From contig CM039008.1 of NCBI GenBank assembly GCA_017499595.2, positions 62,001 through 126,000 of the forward strand: a DNA stretch of 64,000 nucleotides. The letters are read 5' to 3'. Positions 61,901 through 64,000 of this stretch are shown one piece after another. Source of the DNA: Psilocybe cubensis (Eukaryota). Both the position numbers and the translations under genes were made by a program. Every line of letters starts with the position of its first letter. Position 1 is the stretch's first letter. Below the pieces are notes generated by a model. That model ran no database searches. It was given only the letters and a program-made list of their open reading frames with translations, and had not been told where the DNA came from.

Positions 61901-64000
61901 AGTGGGAGTGGGGGGATGGGGAGCGAGGAGATGCCCGCTGTGCCAAGAGAGAGGAGCGATTCGTCGGGTATGGGTGTTGGTGGTGGTAGTGGGATACCAG
62001 GCTCAGGGTTGAGACACGAAGAGCGGATGGATGACGAGGACGAGGCGGTGGTGGAAGATGATAAGATTGCAGATGCACATGACGACACCCCGCGCAAGCG
62101 CAACACGCTCTCACAGACACGTGATACTGCGCATATGAGGACGGCGTCGGTCGACTCGGACGCGTCGGTGTATACGCAGAACAGTAGATTGTCGGCGGCG
62201 TCTGTTGTGATGGCTATGGAGGCTGCGTTGGGTGTTGGTGCTGCCGAGGAGAAGAATGGAAAGCCGGCACATGCGAGGCCGGCGCCGTTGACGCTTGTCA
62301 AGTCGAATTCGTACGATAACGCTGGACTTGACACTGCGACTGCGACTGCGAAGGATCAAAATACAGCAGGAAATGGGGAAGCGGTGCGTTCGCCGCTGCT
62401 GAACACGACATGGGGATCACCGCTGTCGTCGCCTGACTATGCGTCCGTTACGTCGCCGAAGAGCAGCGCGGCGCTGTACACGCCTGTACCAGGGAGCGTG
62501 AACGTGCACCGGGTGGACGAGGGCGAGGGTATGGGTGATGATGATGAGAGAGAAAGAGCGGGTGTGCGGAGCCCCGCTGCGATGGTCTCGCCTACGCTCG
62601 GTGGGTTCGCGAGTCAGATGCGCATGCGCCTTGAGGAGGAGCGGCGGTCGCCTCTGCCGAAAGCAGACGATGCGGAGGAGAGCACTGTTCAGCTGGAGAG
62701 GGATACGGATAGGTCGGGGTTAGGCCATCGGATTGTAGTTGAGGATGAGGACGAGCTGCCGTCTCGTATTTTGAACAGCACTATGTCGTCGTCGGAGGAG
62801 CATGATCACGACCAAGAGCAAGATGGAGATGGGAGTTTGTTGGCGTCTTCATCTGCGGGTAAACACCTTGCGCCGTTGGGCGTTGCCAACCGGACGCCGT
62901 CGCCGTCGATTGGGGAGGGTAACTCGGATATGGACGAAGGTGATGTGAGCACGCTCGAGAGCCGGCTGAAGAGTCTTGAGAGCGAGGATAAGGAGCAGGA
63001 GAAAAGCAAGGGCACGGATACTCCGCCTCCTGCGACACACCTGCGCCCGTCGTTGAGAGAGCTCAGGGAGGGCGGGATGGTGATCGACCCTGGCACGAAT
63101 CAGCGACGAAGCTTGTTTATGCCCCATCCGAACGCGCCCAAGGCGCCTGTAGGCGTCGAGCCCCAAGGACCGATGTATATTGCCCAGGGACCGCCACAGA
63201 TGCGCGGTGTGCCTCCGCCTGGACATCCACAGCATCCACAGCAGCAGTGGAATGGTCCACATCCACCTCCACATCTTGGCTATGGACCACCTCCACCCCA
63301 ACCGCGCCCACATCTTTTCGCTGTCATCCGAATGGCGCTCTCTCTTCCTCCGGCTCCGCCACGCGGCTCGCAACAGCAACCACAGCAGCAGCAGCGCCCT
63401 GGACCGACGATGCCACTCCGTGGACCTACGATTTATGGGCGCACCGAAGTTGACCTGTCCGCTGCGATGGGCCCCGTGCCGATTGTATGGAGTGTTGAAC
63501 CACCTGGTGCAGGCGGCGCGAGCAAGCCGCCTCCTGGATCTCAACAGCAGCAAATGCAGATGCGGAGCAAGAGTATGGGTCCAGGTGGGCCTCCTCCCCC
63601 TGCGCGTGGTGGTGTTGTCTCGCCACCGCCGTCGACGCCTGCGTCGCCTGTCGGTGGTGCGCCCCCTGGAGGTGTTATACCCCGTGCGAACTTCTTCCCG
63701 AAGGCGCCTGGGCTGCGTCCGCGCTCGAGGAGTTTCTCTGGGTTCAATTATAGTAAAGGAGGGTCGACGCTTGAGGCGGTTGTGCCTGTTATGACAGAGG
63801 GCGAGGGTAGGCGGTGCGTGATTTTTCTTTCGTTTTCTTTCTTATTTCTGTGATTTGTTTCTAATTATGATTTATTGTGGACGTTATACACAGCCGGGAC
63901 ACTACATCTGCCACGCCTGCATCGGACATACTTTCTGCGAACGCGATCAAGCGGTCACTTGTCAAAACGACGAGTCTTTCTGCGCTGCGCTCTGCAGCTG
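58930..64000 (+). CDS. Large protein with N-terminal SH3-like domain and long disordered region; probably a TBC-domain Rab-GAP; continues beyond the window
   Basis: Exons 58930-59052, 59257-59310, 59549 to about 63814, and about 63894 onward join to MGLEAAELARWTRFAAKGGIGKCIALCDCVAESPDDLMFLK-DDEITVL...YL-GYCEGVVGRF (SH3-like). The TBC assignment is from recall of this N-terminus; that domain is not in the window. Confidence 0.8.

Noticed and set aside
59593-63794. Many overlapping ORFs on both strands in the last 4.4 kb
   Set aside because: Shadow frames of a GC-rich low-complexity exon of the SH3-domain gene.
1-64000. CRISPR arrays or prokaryotic operons
   Set aside because: No repeat-spacer arrays seen; spliceosomal introns and LTR elements show the DNA is eukaryotic.

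Overview
Eukaryotic, intron-rich DNA with short GT-AG introns, most likely from an agaricomycete (mushroom) fungus; this is inferred from intron size, gene families and transposon types. It is a repeat-rich accessory region. Transposons: the 3' part of one Ty3/Gypsy LTR retrotransposon (1-6016) that carries an intact six-exon antisense gene between pol and the 3' LTR; a complete, apparently young Ty3/Gypsy element (25001-33106; 752-bp LTRs, CCAT target duplication, -1 frameshift after the protease); a 5'-truncated LINE; two non-autonomous TIR elements with TATGG...CCATA ends, one of which splits a tRNA-Ala(TGC) gene; and a dispersed repeat family with about 7 copies. Host genes: an old tandem duplication of a four-gene block (orphan A, secreted Cys-rich protein B, orphan C, small cupin D) at about 7.7-42.2 kb and 46.5-57.1 kb, with an LSL-like beta-trefoil/aerolysin pore-forming lectin only in the second copy; an intact tRNA-Ala(AGC); and the 5' part of a large SH3-domain gene running off the right end. 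Exon structures were read by eye and family assignments are from remembered motifs, not database searches.
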